Assembly (NCBI GenBank): GCA_964016885.1 | Contig: OZ024762.1 | Location: 2,418,001-2,482,000, forward strand | Source of the DNA: Eledone cirrhosa | Lineage: Eukaryota | DNA: 64,000 nt | Direction: 5' to 3' | In this document: positions 16,501 to 28,897 of the stretch, one piece after another | Layout: every line of letters starts with the position of its first letter | How positions within the stretch are numbered: the stretch's first letter is position 1 | Position numbers and translations under genes: made by a program | The notes under the pieces: generated by a model | Databases searched by the model: none | What the model was told of the DNA's origin: nothing | Seen by the model: only the letters and a program-made list of their open reading frames with translations

Positions 16501-16761
16501 TATGTATGTATATATACATACACGTGTATGTATACATACACATATATACGTATGTATATATACATACACATGTATGTATACTTACATATGTATGTATATA
16601 TACATATGTATGTATACATACATATGTATATATACATAGGTATGTATACATACATATGTATACATACACATATATACATACACATATATACATACGTATA
16701 TATATATACATACATATGTATGTACATATACATACATATGTATATATACATATGTTATGTC
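13590..16761. repeat. 3.2-kb TA/CA/TG/CG alternating purine-pyrimidine satellite
   Basis: TATACATACGTATG-type units, flanked by a 25-bp direct repeat. Confidence 0.95.
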
Positions 16762-18717
16762 TAACTCCTTAGCTATATTTATATAATACAGTAGTCTAGA
16801 GATATAAAGGTATTAATATGTCTGTAGGTTGTTGTCTTTATACCTGTGTAGTGTAACTTCTAAATTTACAATGAAGATATGCTTTATATACACAAAAGTG
16901 TTTATATGGAGTATGCCTGTCTAGAGGAGAACAGGGTAACTGTGTACATATGGTTCTACATACTGTACTCTATTGAACCCAACTTCAATATATAATGGAG
17001 GTACTTCTTCCAATATAGAGAAGAAGTTATATTATAGACATGAAGTAAGCTTTGTGTGTCATATTAAATACAGTTTTTCTATATATGTGTGTATGTAAAG
17101 AACATTAAGTTTCTTTGTATTTATACAGTTAGCTCTCTTGCTTCTTAGGAAGCATGTACACGTTCTACTATGAGATGCTTATACACAACTAGAAGAACAA
17201 TAGTAGTAGTTTCTTAAGAGACGTATGTGTAGTATCTAGCGAGGATGTATTGATATGTATGTACAGATCAAAACCTCTTATATATGTATGATGTTCACTT
17301 CCAGGTTTCTACATACATGTGTATAATATAAAGAGACACACACAATGTGGGTTTAGATATATTCTATAGAATACAGTTTCTTATATACAGACATGTCTAC
17401 ATTGATGTTATTTACCTGTATATAGAGATGGCTTGTTTCTAATAGGTGTGTATCTAGGCAATAACATTTCTCCTGTATAGAGGGGATTTATTTATATAAT
17501 ATGAATGTAGTATACAGTGACAGAAGGTTTTTGTCTTCCTACAGTGTAAGAGGTGTCTAGTGTGTGTATATATACAGTGAGTAAATAATAAGGCAACAAA
17601 GGAAAATACTGGTTTATTCTTTTATTTCACAATTTATTTACCTTTCTTCTTGAGATAGGGTTGTAGTAGTCTCCAGGTCTGGTGCTGTTCCTTAGGAATA
17701 TAGAATAGGTTAGTTGTGTATATATAAAGATTTAGTTTTGTATCTAGTGAAGAACGTTTATATATGGATGATGTAGCTATCAAGCAGGTGAGGATGCTAG
17801 AAGTAGTAGTAGTGAGTCTTACGGCAGAGTAATGGAGCTACCATGCTTCGTTAGATATAACTGTGTGGTTTAGCTTCTATATTAATATGTCTAGAGGAGG
17901 TTTAGTTTCATGTCTATTATTCCAGTATGAACAAGATTGTATATTGCGCCTCATAAATATCTGTTGAGATAAAAGGGAGACCGTTTATATATGAATATAG
18001 CTTCATGTGTACGTATGTCCCTAAGATTCTTCTTCTACATGGTGAATGTTTAGAATAAATATGCCTGAAGTGTTTATGTATTTAAGTGAAAAAGTGTTTT
18101 CTTGTATATAGAATGTGTGTGTGTGTATTCAGATAAAAACAATGGTATACAGTATACAGAAGATAATAAAACGTGTATAGAGAGGAAGCTTGGTTATATT
18201 TCCTTACAAGTATGTATCGAGAGAAGATTTAGTTGTCTCATAACAAAGTAAAGTAACATGTTGTAGGAGGTAGCTGTGTGTGTATACAGATCATGTTTAG
18301 TTAGAAGAGGTAGCTGCGTATATATTTAGTTATGATTCTCAAAATATATACGTTGTATATATAAATGAAGCTATATGTGAGTGTTTAGAATAAATTTAAA
18401 AGACATTACAACAAGTTATGTATATTTCTAACGACAGGCGGTTTCTTTGAGATGATAGTGAAGTGTATTTTTGTGTCTCAATAATATCTGTGAGTGTGTA
18501 TATACGGCAAATAAAACTTTACATACCTCTTTACACGAACGTAATATCCTAATATCAGTAATAGTCCCAGAGTAAATAGAATGATGTTACAGCTTCAATA
18601 CACTGAAGAAATGACAACAAAGGAAGAAGAGTTCCACAAACCGGAAGTAGTTCAATGTCAACAAAGGGCAAATAATTCAAATCAAAGGGAGATAACTCTC
18701 GTCAATTTTTTTTTAGC

Positions 18718-18881
18718 AAAAACTCATGCGAGGCGGGAGAGCAGGCCAGCATAAAGCCAGCCTGCAACGGTCCCGGCCGACCCCGCAACGATTCGAACTT
18801 CAGACACGATCGAGTGGTCAGCCATACCGAAGTACGACAGCGAAGCCAGAAACGCTACGTGCAGCGCCACGCACAAGCCGC
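18718..18881 (-). ncRNA. Putative Pol III small RNA, copy 2
   Basis: Reverse complement of 11477-11640 with one substitution seen; same promoter context. Confidence 0.6.
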
Positions 18882-19214
18882 AATTCTACAGAGTCAAATA
18901 GTCATACTTATAGCTAACATTTTCCTTCTTTTTAAAAAAAAAAGAAACGGAAAGAAAGCGAGATAACACGACATATTCCGAGTGTTATCTCGCTTTCTTT
19001 CCGTTTCTCTCTATATAAATATAACGGGATATATAGCCATTGAAGAACTGCTAGTATTTTGTACATATATAACGGAATATGTAGTAAGGGGTTGACTTAT
19101 ATAGGGAGTCAATAGTTTGACCATTTTCGCCAACTTCAAATTCTACGTAAATAAGCTTCGGATTTTTGCCCACTTCTCAGACATAAGATAGGGAGGAGGG
19201 TCACCTTATATTCG

Positions 19215-19385
19215 AGTACATCTATTCTTGTTAGACTAGACCAGCATCATCATGCGTAGAGCCTACTGTGTTGAACGAGAGTAAGGCTGTGGGCTGATGT
19301 TTTAGATGGTCCTCAGGGCTCTGCTGTCAATCGTCTTTGTGAGGGGCCACGTTTCTGCTCCATAGAGGAGAAGACTGATGCATCT
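19215..19385 (-). mobile_element. RTE-clade LINE fragment
   Basis: The minus strand encodes ISLLLYGAETWPLTK, the RTE C-terminal LYGxETW motif. Confidence 0.65.
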
Positions 19386-20129
19386 TTTCAGAACAATTAA
19401 TATGTAGGTAACATAGCCTTAGAGAATCTGTATTTGTAATAGTTAGTATCGATTTGGGTAATCTTAAGACCATGATTCCAATCATCAATATATGTATTGA
19501 TTAAACCTAAATATAGTATATAAAGTAGTGGATCTTAAAATATGCAATGATAGTGTAGAGAGAAGGCTTAGTTAGTTACTTCTAACAATGTACCACTATG
19601 AATAAGACAGAAGGCGGTGTATGTAGACAGAATGTTTAGTTTTCCTGAGTATGAAGGGGTTTTAGTGATTATTCTTAGTAAAAAGACGGTTATATTATAC
19701 ATATACGTCTCTAACATTCCTCCTGTATATGAAGGGTAGCGAAATATATTCTTGTGTCTCAGGAATAACTACGTGTTTATCGATGAATTTAAGGGACAAC
19801 TAAAACATTACATACCAAGAATGAAGGTGTATATATAAATGTAGCTTTATATGTGTATATTGATCTAGATAGGAAACGTTTCTTCCAGTGTATGGATTAG
19901 AGAGGTGAATGCATACACTAAAGAATGTTAATATATATCTAAGACTGTATTTTCGAGTGTTTAGCAATAAATTAAAATATACATGGCAAATAAAGCGTTC
20001 GTATAGGTAAATTAGAGGGTATTTTACCTCAGCTAAAGAACATTTATATATATAAATCTAGTTTTGTGTGTGTATTTAGGTTTAAATAAAACAATATGTA
20101 CGACTCTAATCTTTCTGTATATAGAATAA

Positions 20130-20215
20130 TTGTTTCTATTTTTGACACAAGGCCAGCAATTATCCAGTGTATTACTGGTACTTTATTTTATCGACCCCAT
20201 AAGGATGAAAGGCAT
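20130..20215 (-). mobile_element. tRNA-derived SINE fragment
   Basis: CACAAGGCCAGCAAT...CTGGTACTTTATTTTATCGACCCC...GATGAAAGGCA, shared with the copies at 32982, 45620 and 55990. Confidence 0.75.
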
Positions 20216-20437
20216 ATAGAATAATGTATGTCTGTGAGTGTATATACGGCAAATAAAACATTACATACCTCTCACCATTAGTATAATATCCAGACTGATT
20301 CTATCAAATTACACGAGTAAATCCAAAAGATGTTAACAGTTTAATTCAATAAAGAAAAATGACAACAAACGAGAAGAGTTCCAATCAGGGGCAAGTAATT
20401 CAAACGAAGGGGGATAACTCTCAGCGAATTTTTTAGT

Positions 20438-20585
20438 AAAACTCAATGCGAGGTGGGGACGTAGGCCAGCATAAAGCCGGGCTGCCTCCGCAGCGATTCG
20501 ATCTTCAGACACATAGAATGGTCATGCCATACCGAAGTACGACAGCGAACCCCGAAACGTTACGTGCAGCGCCACGCAAGAGCGC
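20438..20585 (-). ncRNA. Putative Pol III small RNA, diverged copy 3
   Basis: TATAAGTATGACT retained upstream, B box variant GATCGAATC, terminal stem and T4 terminator retained, internal deletion. Confidence 0.55.
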
Positions 20586-20968
20586 AACTCTACTGAGTAA
20601 ATTAGTCATACTTATAGTTAGAATTTTATTTATTTAAAAAAAATATATAGAGAAACGGAATGAAGACGAGATAACTGAGGGCGTGGAGAAATATCTCTTT
20701 TTGAATATGCTTCGTATGGTGAGAGTTGAGATCTCTACCGAATAATTATCAATATTATACTTCGTCTCCAAAATATTTTCAGAAAGAAATTACTTTTTCA
20801 TGACCGTGTTACCTTACTTCCATCCTGTTTCTATATGTAACAAGTTTAAACTACTAGTATTTAATACATATATATATACAGAACAATAAGTATATTTACT
20901 TCAAGATAGTAATGTTTATGTTAATACAGAAAATAAAAAAATGCAAACCATCGATCTTAGTAATTAGT

Positions 20969-22885
20969 ATCAACCACCTCAAACAGGTGACAAAAAAGGC
21001 AGTGCTTCAATTTGAGCAGCGCATAGCAACCAGCCCTGACAGTAAGGTGTTCTGGAAGTATGTTCACTCAAAGCAGAGGCCTCACTCTCCAGTTGGTCCT
21101 CTTCGCAATCCCCACACAAGCCAGGTTACTGACGACCCCAAGGAATGCGCAGAGCTCATTGCTGAATGCTATGCAGGCATTTTCACCATTGAAGACCAGA
21201 GTGTACCATCTCCACCACCTATGACACCGGACTCTATTACAACCATGGAATTTACACCTGCAATGCTGCGACGTCACCTAAAAAATAAACGCAACCATGC
21301 CTCTCCTGGTCTTGATGGTGTTACGTACCTGCTTCTTAAACGTGGTGGGTACTTCCTTCTACACCAGTTATCACGCTTCTTCCAATTCTGTCTGAACAAC
21401 AGTGCTACTCCAGAACAGTGGAAAACTGCCAGTGTAATTCCTCTGTTCAAAAAGGGTGACCGCACATCACCTGTGAACTATCGTCCAGTCAGTCTTACTA
21501 GTTGCATCGCCAAACTGATGGAATCCTGTGTCAGAGAAACACTTTGGAACTTCTGGAGCTCTCACAGTCTTATCCGGCCTTCGCAATTTGGATTTATCCC
21601 CAACTCCAGCTGCTGTGATCAACTTATAGAGTTTCTTGAGGACATCACCCGGATCACTGATGGCGGCTCATGGGTGGATGTTGTTTACCTTGACTTTGCG
21701 AAGGCCTTCAATTCTGTGCCGCACAAAAGGCTTATGGCAAAACTCTCTGCAATGGGTGTGAAGGATGATCTTTTTAACTGGTTGAAGTCCTTCATTCTCA
21801 GTCGAAGAGAGGTAGTCACGGTTCTGGGACAGCATTCCTCACCATATGAGATGTCATCTGGTGTACCTCAGGGATCTGTTCTTGGCCCCCTTTTGTTTGT
21901 GGCATATATTAATGACATAGATGCCAACTTAAGGAATGCCACAGTACTAAAGTACGCAGACGACATCAAGCTGTACCTTGAGATAAAAAGGACAGATCCT
22001 GAACACTATAGATCTTGCTTGCAGTCTGACCTGGACACAATGCAACAGTGGATCTCAGACTGGCAACTCAAGCTAGCTGTGGACAAGTGCACCACCATGC
22101 ATTTTGGGAGTAAAAACCCAGCGTCCACATATTCCCTCCACAGCACTAATATCAAGAAGTCTTCCTGTGAACGTGACCTGGGCATTACGGTCAGCAGCGA
22201 TTTGCGTTGGACGAGGCACGTCTCTAAAATTGTCAAGAGGGCCGAGGGTGTCTTAGCATCACTCAGCAAGACCTTTGTCAGCCGCTCTCCAGATATCTAT
22301 TTAAGGCTGTATACAGCTATGGTGCGACCACACTTAGAATTTGCATCACCAGTCTGGAACCCCTATCTTGCTCAGGACATTGACCGCCTGGAAACTGTTC
22401 AGAGACGTGCAACCAAGCGAATACCCTCCATCAGGCATCTACCATACTCTGATCGCCTTGCTTCCCTGGGCATGGATTCATTGAAGCTCCGACGCCTGGC
22501 AACTGACTTGGTAAACACCCACAAAATTGTTAACCATGTTGCCAACAACAACCCTGAGTGCCTTTTCGATTTCCATGTGTCTAACACACGTGGACATGCC
22601 CACAAAGTAAGAAAACAGCACAGTTCCCATGACTTTCGGAAACATTTTTTCACGCTCAGAGTTGCTGAAGCATGGAACAAACTACCTGCATCAGTTGTTA
22701 GCTGTCGAGACGCTGCATCCTTTAAGGCCTCCATGCTTCCCGAGATCCGCCAACACTACAGCTAACACATACAAACATGTACTTCCCTGGCATTTGTGTA
22801 TTATTCTATGTACTATATTGACGAGTTGTGGTGCACCTGAGCACTTTACACAATAATTTCATTATTATTATTATTATTATTATCA
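20969..22885 (+). mobile_element. 5'-truncated CR1-clade LINE with an uninterrupted reverse transcriptase frame
   Basis: NYRPVSLTS, YLDFAKAFNSV, GVPQGSVLGPLLF and KYADD motifs; stop at 22765; (ATT)n tail at 22861-22883. The first ~19 codons of the ORF call are flanking DNA. Confidence 0.95.
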
Positions 22886-23297
22886 CTAATTATCTATTTT
22901 GGTAATAAGCATCTTAAGACCATGATTTCCTTCATCGATATGTGATTAGACCAAAATTTAGTATAATATATAAAGACTGTTCTCAGCTTATGACCAGTTT
23001 GCTTGGTGTTAAGTGTCTGAGAGTACAAGACTCTCCCTGGATAGTACGCTGGTCTACCACAGGACTAACTCCTCAGCTGCGAGTACTGGAGCAATGTGAT
23101 GAATGCAGAACTTCCAAACTGTGAGAGTTACATGTATGCATGGACCTGCAACTCCTAAGGGAGTCATACAGGCCACACATTGACATACAGTATTTCTAGG
23201 GCACTTTTTAAAACCTGGCAGACCCATCTCCTCTCCAGGTCTGAATAGAGCAGATTTCTTCCAGAGAAACAGAAGAATCAACCTCAATACTAGACTG

Positions 23298-23365
23298 GTA
23301 CTTTGTTTTATCAACCTCAAATGGATGAAAGGCAAAGTTGACCTCAGCAGGATTTGAATTCAGAG
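23298..23365 (-). mobile_element. SINE fragment
   Basis: GGATGAAAGGCAAAGTTGACCTCAGCAGGATTTGAA, same family as above. Confidence 0.7.
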
Positions 23366-23610
23366 AACTGAAGGCATTCTGTTACATTCATATATACATA
23401 CTTACTTTGTCTAATAAACAAAACATCTCTCTCTCTACACACATAACATATAAAGCTACATTTATATATACCTCTTCTAAGAAATTAAACCTACTCTAGA
23501 CTTACACATAGATACAGTTATATATAAATACTTACCTTGTCAAATAAACACAACTAAATCTTCTCTAGTCAGACACACAAAGCTACATTTATATAAACAT
23601 TCTTCTCTAC

Positions 23611-23675
23611 AAACGAGGATCAGCTGAAAAGCTCATAGGCTGACTTTGAAGGAGTGATGCTAGAACTGCGAGATA
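23611..23675 (+). mobile_element. Mariner terminal inverted repeat remnant
   Basis: ACGAGGATCAGCTGAAAAGCTCATAGGCTGACTTTGAAGGAGTGATGCTAGA matches the mariner ends at 25727-25781 and 28868-28930. Confidence 0.7.
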
Positions 23676-24207
23676 TTGTGGTTAGGTTCATTATCATAGG
23701 ACGTGGTGGAGCAACCAAAATTCACTGCCAACTAATGTACAACTTTATGATGTTCGTGATTCATCGGTGAAAATGAATGACTCTGATAGTTCTGTTTCAT
23801 GTGAGGAAGACAAAAGGAAACCTTCAGAGTGTGCATTGAGCAATATGGGATATTTCTAGAATGTAACTAATGCTAACTTGAATCATCCTTGGACATCATC
23901 ATACATAGTATATATATAGTGTGTTTAGTACAGTGTAGTTGTAGCTAACTAGGTATTTGGTTTTATGAAATGAAAGGGACAAATAAACAAACTATATATA
24001 TACACTGATACTTCAATGTGTTATAAGCAATCCAATACTACTGTTGGATACATAGAGTGCTTCATCCTGCTTACACCAAAGTTTATGGATTAAGGTGGTG
24101 CAAACACAACACTTAAATAAAGGTAACAATATATGGCCATAGTACAGAAAATTCTTATAATATACATATATATATATACACACACACACATATATATATA
24201 TATATAC

Positions 24208-24785
24208 ATCTCGGGCTGGATTCTGTTGAGGGTCTTTGCCACAAGTGACATCAATGAGATTCCCCTGTAGTTGTTCATGTTAGAGAGATCTCCCTTCTTT
24301 GGTACTGAGATGATGTTAGTGATCAAGGGCAACTTTCTCCAGTGCCTGGTTACAGAACTCCAGGATGATATCATCAAAATCACACCTCTTCATCACCTTT
24401 GATGCCTCTCCATGCGTCTTGGTTCTCTGAAGCCCCTCGCTGGCGAAGGTCCTGTCTCAATATCCAGTTCCTCAAACAGCTGTCTGATCTCTCTGGTATT
24501 CTGGGCTGTCGAAGGTGGCTCTCCTAGTAGGGTCTTAAAATGGTCCAGCCTCTTCTTACCCCCAGATCTAACTCAAACTCCCTCTCTTCCTTCCTGTAAT
24601 CTCGTTGATCATCATCCAGCTCTCTTTACACTTACACCTGTCCACCGCTCTCTCTGCACTCTGTCAACATATATGTTGATGCCCTAATGACAAACACTGG
24701 TCTCTGGGAGAGACGGGATGATGATGGAGAACAGAGACCACTGGAGAGAACTCGTCCATGGATCTCGGGAATTTTACCTGCTCTC
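24208..24785. mobile_element. RTE LINE with an inverted 5' part (24208-~24665, -) joined to the 3' end (~24667-24785, +)
   Basis: Minus strand PKKGDLSNMNNYRGISLMS; plus strand TYVDALMTNTG and a 3' terminus shared with 48870-48990. Confidence 0.75.
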
Positions 24786-25487
24786 TTTCTCTCTCTCTCT
24801 CTATATATATATACACTGACCTCCTACAAGGTTACATCTCAAAGGAGGTTTATACCAGTTCTTTTATCCCGAAACTTTTTCAGGAACTGTGGACCAGGAG
24901 TTTCTTATGGTTGTAGGTTTTTTGAAAAATAACAGAAGGCAACACATAAGGTGATTGTCGTGTGAAGGAGGAAGATTGGTAGAGCAATGGACTCCATGGA
25001 CACTGGTAAGGCTAACTTAGAACAGGATGGAAAGGTATCCATGGTGAGTGAAAAACCTAACCATTGTTTCAGCTACAGCAGCAGAGGAATTAAGTTATGG
25101 TGGGTTTGAAGAAAACAGAGTGGGATGTCTTCAATGTAGTGACTATATAGACCAGAGGCTTTCAACATAACTGATGAGTGTTTCAGTGGAGACCAGCAAC
25201 CTCTGAGGAGCAGGGACAGAATAGGAGTAGTAGAGATAGAATAGACAGAGGGAACAGCATATTTAGGGGCTGGGGAGAAGCAGAGACCACTGTAGTAGAG
25301 GTAGACTAGGTAGAGAGGGAACAGCATATTAAGGGGTTGGGGAGTGCTAGTGAGGAGCAGGAACCAGTGTAGTAGAGGTAGACTAGGAAGAGAGGGAATA
25401 GCATATTTAGGGGTTGGGGAGGAGCAGAGACCATTGTAGTAGAGGTATAATGTGCAGAAGGAGGAGAGACAATATTTGTGGACCAGA

Positions 25488-25781
25488 GCCTGTTGAATTG
25501 TTGATAAAGCTGGAGTGTCATCCCTTAATGTAGCAACCTTGTCAACATGAATGTCCTTGGGGGATAAACCCCTTTTCTTCAGGTACTTGATAATACCACG
25601 ATGCCAAATGTTGTCCATTTTCAAGAGGTCATTACTAATTACATTTGAAGTCCTCTTTCAACAGTCAGATGTCAGTTTACTTGAAAAGAAACAATGCAGT
25701 TATTAATAAGAAGAGTTGAAATTAATGCATGCAAGATTTCCCAGCTCTAGCATCAGTCTTTCATAGTCAGCCAACCTTCGT
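25488..25781 (-). mobile_element. Mariner transposon 5' remnant (TIR and transposase HTH N-terminus)
   Basis: MDNIWHRGIIKYLKKRGLSPKDIHVDKVATLRDDTPALSTIQ is typical of mariner transposase N-termini. Terminal TA|CGAAGGTTGGCTGA at 25781. Confidence 0.8.
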
Positions 25782-27207
25782 ACTTCTGCTGGGTCAAGCC
25801 CGACGGGGGATGACGTCTTAAACAAGCCCCAACAAATAAGAAAGATTTAGAAGAGAATATACTAATTACTAGATATTCACACAAAAGTGACATTAGAATT
25901 ATTGCTGGAAATAGCAGCCAAATATTTATGGCTCGCCACGTTTTAAAATAATGAAGGACACATTAGAAGATGTAGTTTTAGATAGTCATATATACACATT
26001 GGTCAACGCTGGAATCTCATTGATTCTATATACATAAGTCGGTTCTCAGAGGACCTATTCAGGTTATGGGAACTGTTTGTCCCCCGTGTAAAAATTTGGC
26101 GTATATATATATAATTTCGAGTATATATATATAAACTTATATATGTCTGTATGCATTTGTTGGGGTTTAAATGGTGAAAATTCCATAAGGTAGCTGTTGT
26201 TTACTTTCATTGACAAGTCAGACCTGAGCGATCAAGACATATATTTACATATACATAATCAAAAGTAAAAACATTGTTAATATCTTCCTACACAGATAAA
26301 ATATAAAAGATTGTATTTACATGTGTCACAGCTAATTCACCTCCGTAATTCTTAGGAAACCTGGCTTCTATTTCTAGCAAGTGGAGCGTAGACGTAGAGA
26401 CGTGTTGCTGTTGTTTACTTTTATTCACAGGTCTTGAACGAGCAAGACAAGATGACCCGACATGTGTGTAATCAATGGTATTCCTGCCGTGACCATCCTG
26501 TGTTTATATGATTATCAAGGTACCCACATCTACATCGTTGAATGCACCTTTCATTGTTTTAAAAGGGGTTGTAGAAGACAGAACATCTGAGGGTGAGAGG
26601 CCGGAGATCGTCAGTGAGTGGCTTTAAATTAATTAGCCATGATTCTATAAAATAAAGAAGCGAAATCACTTTGAAGAAAAATAGGAGGACAATAGTAATT
26701 ATTATGAGGCCGGTGTAGCGATTACATATTGCCCTTTGTTTACATTAACCGCTCCCGACACCATGGTAATTAGATATTCAGATTACAGGGAGGTGTGGGA
26801 TGGAATTAATTCTTTTATTTATTTACTTCTATCAAACAACAAACACGGTGGCAAGGAGTAAATTAAAAAACTCGCCTTCCTTTTAAAATAAAATTCAAGC
26901 CTAAGCTCTCCCATGATGCAACAGTGCGGCTAAATAAGTTGACGCTTTAGCGACATCAGTTCCTTAAATTTCACCAGGACGAAATCTCAAGAACGATAAC
27001 TCTGTCTTTACTTAATCGCAAAAATGGGTGCAAAAATTATTTCGAAAGAACACTTGCTATGGACGGGATTCTTGATAACAAGGTGTCGAGATGTTTCTTG
27101 AGGACATCCACCTCCACGTCATGCAAATCTCTCATGTATATATATATACATGTATATATATACATGTATATATATATATACATGTATATATAACTATATA
27201 TATATAT

Positions 27208-27745
27208 AGCATCACTCCTTCATAGGCTGACCAAGATACTCTCATGGAATGACCAAATGAGGTTTATTTTTCAACATGCAAGATTTCACAGCTCTAGCAT
27301 CACTTCTTCATAAGCTGACCAAGATACTCTCATGGAATGACCAAATGAGGTTTATTTTTCAACATGCAAGATTTCACAGCTCTAGCATCACTTCTTCATA
27401 AGCTGACCAAGATACTCTCATGGAATGACCAAATGAGGTTTATTTTTCAACATGCAAGATTTCACAGCTCTAGCATCACTCCTTCATAGGCTGACCAAGA
27501 TACTCTCATGGAATGACCAAATGAGGTTTATTTTTCAACATGCAAGATTCCACAGCTCTAGCATTACTTCTTCATAAGCTGACCAAGATACTCTCATGGA
27601 ATGACCAAATGAGGATTATTTTTCAACATGCAAGATTTCACAGCTCTAGCATCACTCCTTCATAGGCTGACCAAGATACTCTCATGGCATGACCAAATGA
27701 GGTTTATTTTTCAACATGCAAGATTGCACAGCTCTAGCATCACTC
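27208..27745 (-). repeat. 88-bp mariner-derived tandem repeat, ~6 copies
   Basis: Period 88 (GCTCTAGCAT at 27291, 27379 and onward). Confidence 0.92.
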
Positions 27746-28216
27746 TATATAACTATATATATAGTTATATATACATGTATATATATATATATATACATGT
27801 ATATATAATATATACATGTATATATATATACATGTATATATATATACATACATGTATATATATATACATGTATATATATATACATGTATATATATATACA
27901 TATATGTGTATATATATATACATGTATATATATGGGTATATACATGTATATATATACATACATGTATATATATATACATGTATATATATGGATATATACA
28001 TGTATATATATACATGTATATATATACATGTATATATATACATACATGTATATATATATATGTACATGTATATATATATACATATATGTGTATATATATA
28101 TATATATATACATGTATATATATGGATATATACATGTATATATATATACATGTATATATATGGATATATAAATGTATATATATATATATATATGTATATA
28201 TATGGATATATAAATG

Positions 28217-28247
<31 letters not shown>

Positions 28248-28897
28248 ATATATGGATATATATATATATATATATACATTTATATATCCATATATATACA
28301 TATGGAATGTATATATAGTGAGCCTATGAACTTTTAAGCCTACCTTATATGCAAATAATGTAAGTATATACAAATATTTACTAAGAAATTCGAAATAATT
28401 TTTGCACCCATTTTTGCGATTAAGTAAAGACGGAGTTATCGTTCTTGAGATTTCGGCTCGGGGAAATTTGAAGAACTGATGTCGCTAAATCGCCAAATCA
28501 TTTACTTGCCCCGTTGCATCATGGGAGGGTAATGGCTGCCTTTTATTTTTTAAACGATGGCAGATTCTTTAGTTTCTTTCGCAGCATCTTGTACCTTGTT
28601 TCAAATAAGTAAATAATTAAAACATTTTGGCGAGAAAGATATTAAAAAGACTGCCATGGTTTTCGAAAAATAAAAGGCAGCCATTACCCTCCCATGATGC
28701 AACGGGGCAGGTAAATGATTTGGCGATTTAGCGACATCAGTTCTTCAAATTTCCCCGAGCCGAAATCTCAAGAACGATAACTCCGTCTTTACTTAATCGC
28801 AAAAATGGGTGCAAAAATTATTTCGAATTTCTTAGTAAATATTTGTATATACTTACATTATTTGCATATAAGGTAGGCTTAAAAGTTCATAGGCTCA

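Noticed and set aside
18744-18790. GGCCAGCAT... resembling the start of an HDV-like ribozyme
   Set aside because: No complementary P1 3' strand or nested pseudoknot could be built.
18726-18917. 63-aa ORF MRGGRAGQHKAS... present in three copies
   Set aside because: No recognisable protein. The conserved signals (TATA, B box, closing stem, T-run) all point to an RNA on the opposite strand.
23700-23860. Possible exon (WSNQNSLPTNVQLYDVRDSS...)
   Set aside because: Short, no recognisable homology, weak splice context and no partner exons.
25168-25200. CTGATGAG as a hammerhead core
   Set aside because: No properly placed GAAA or stems.
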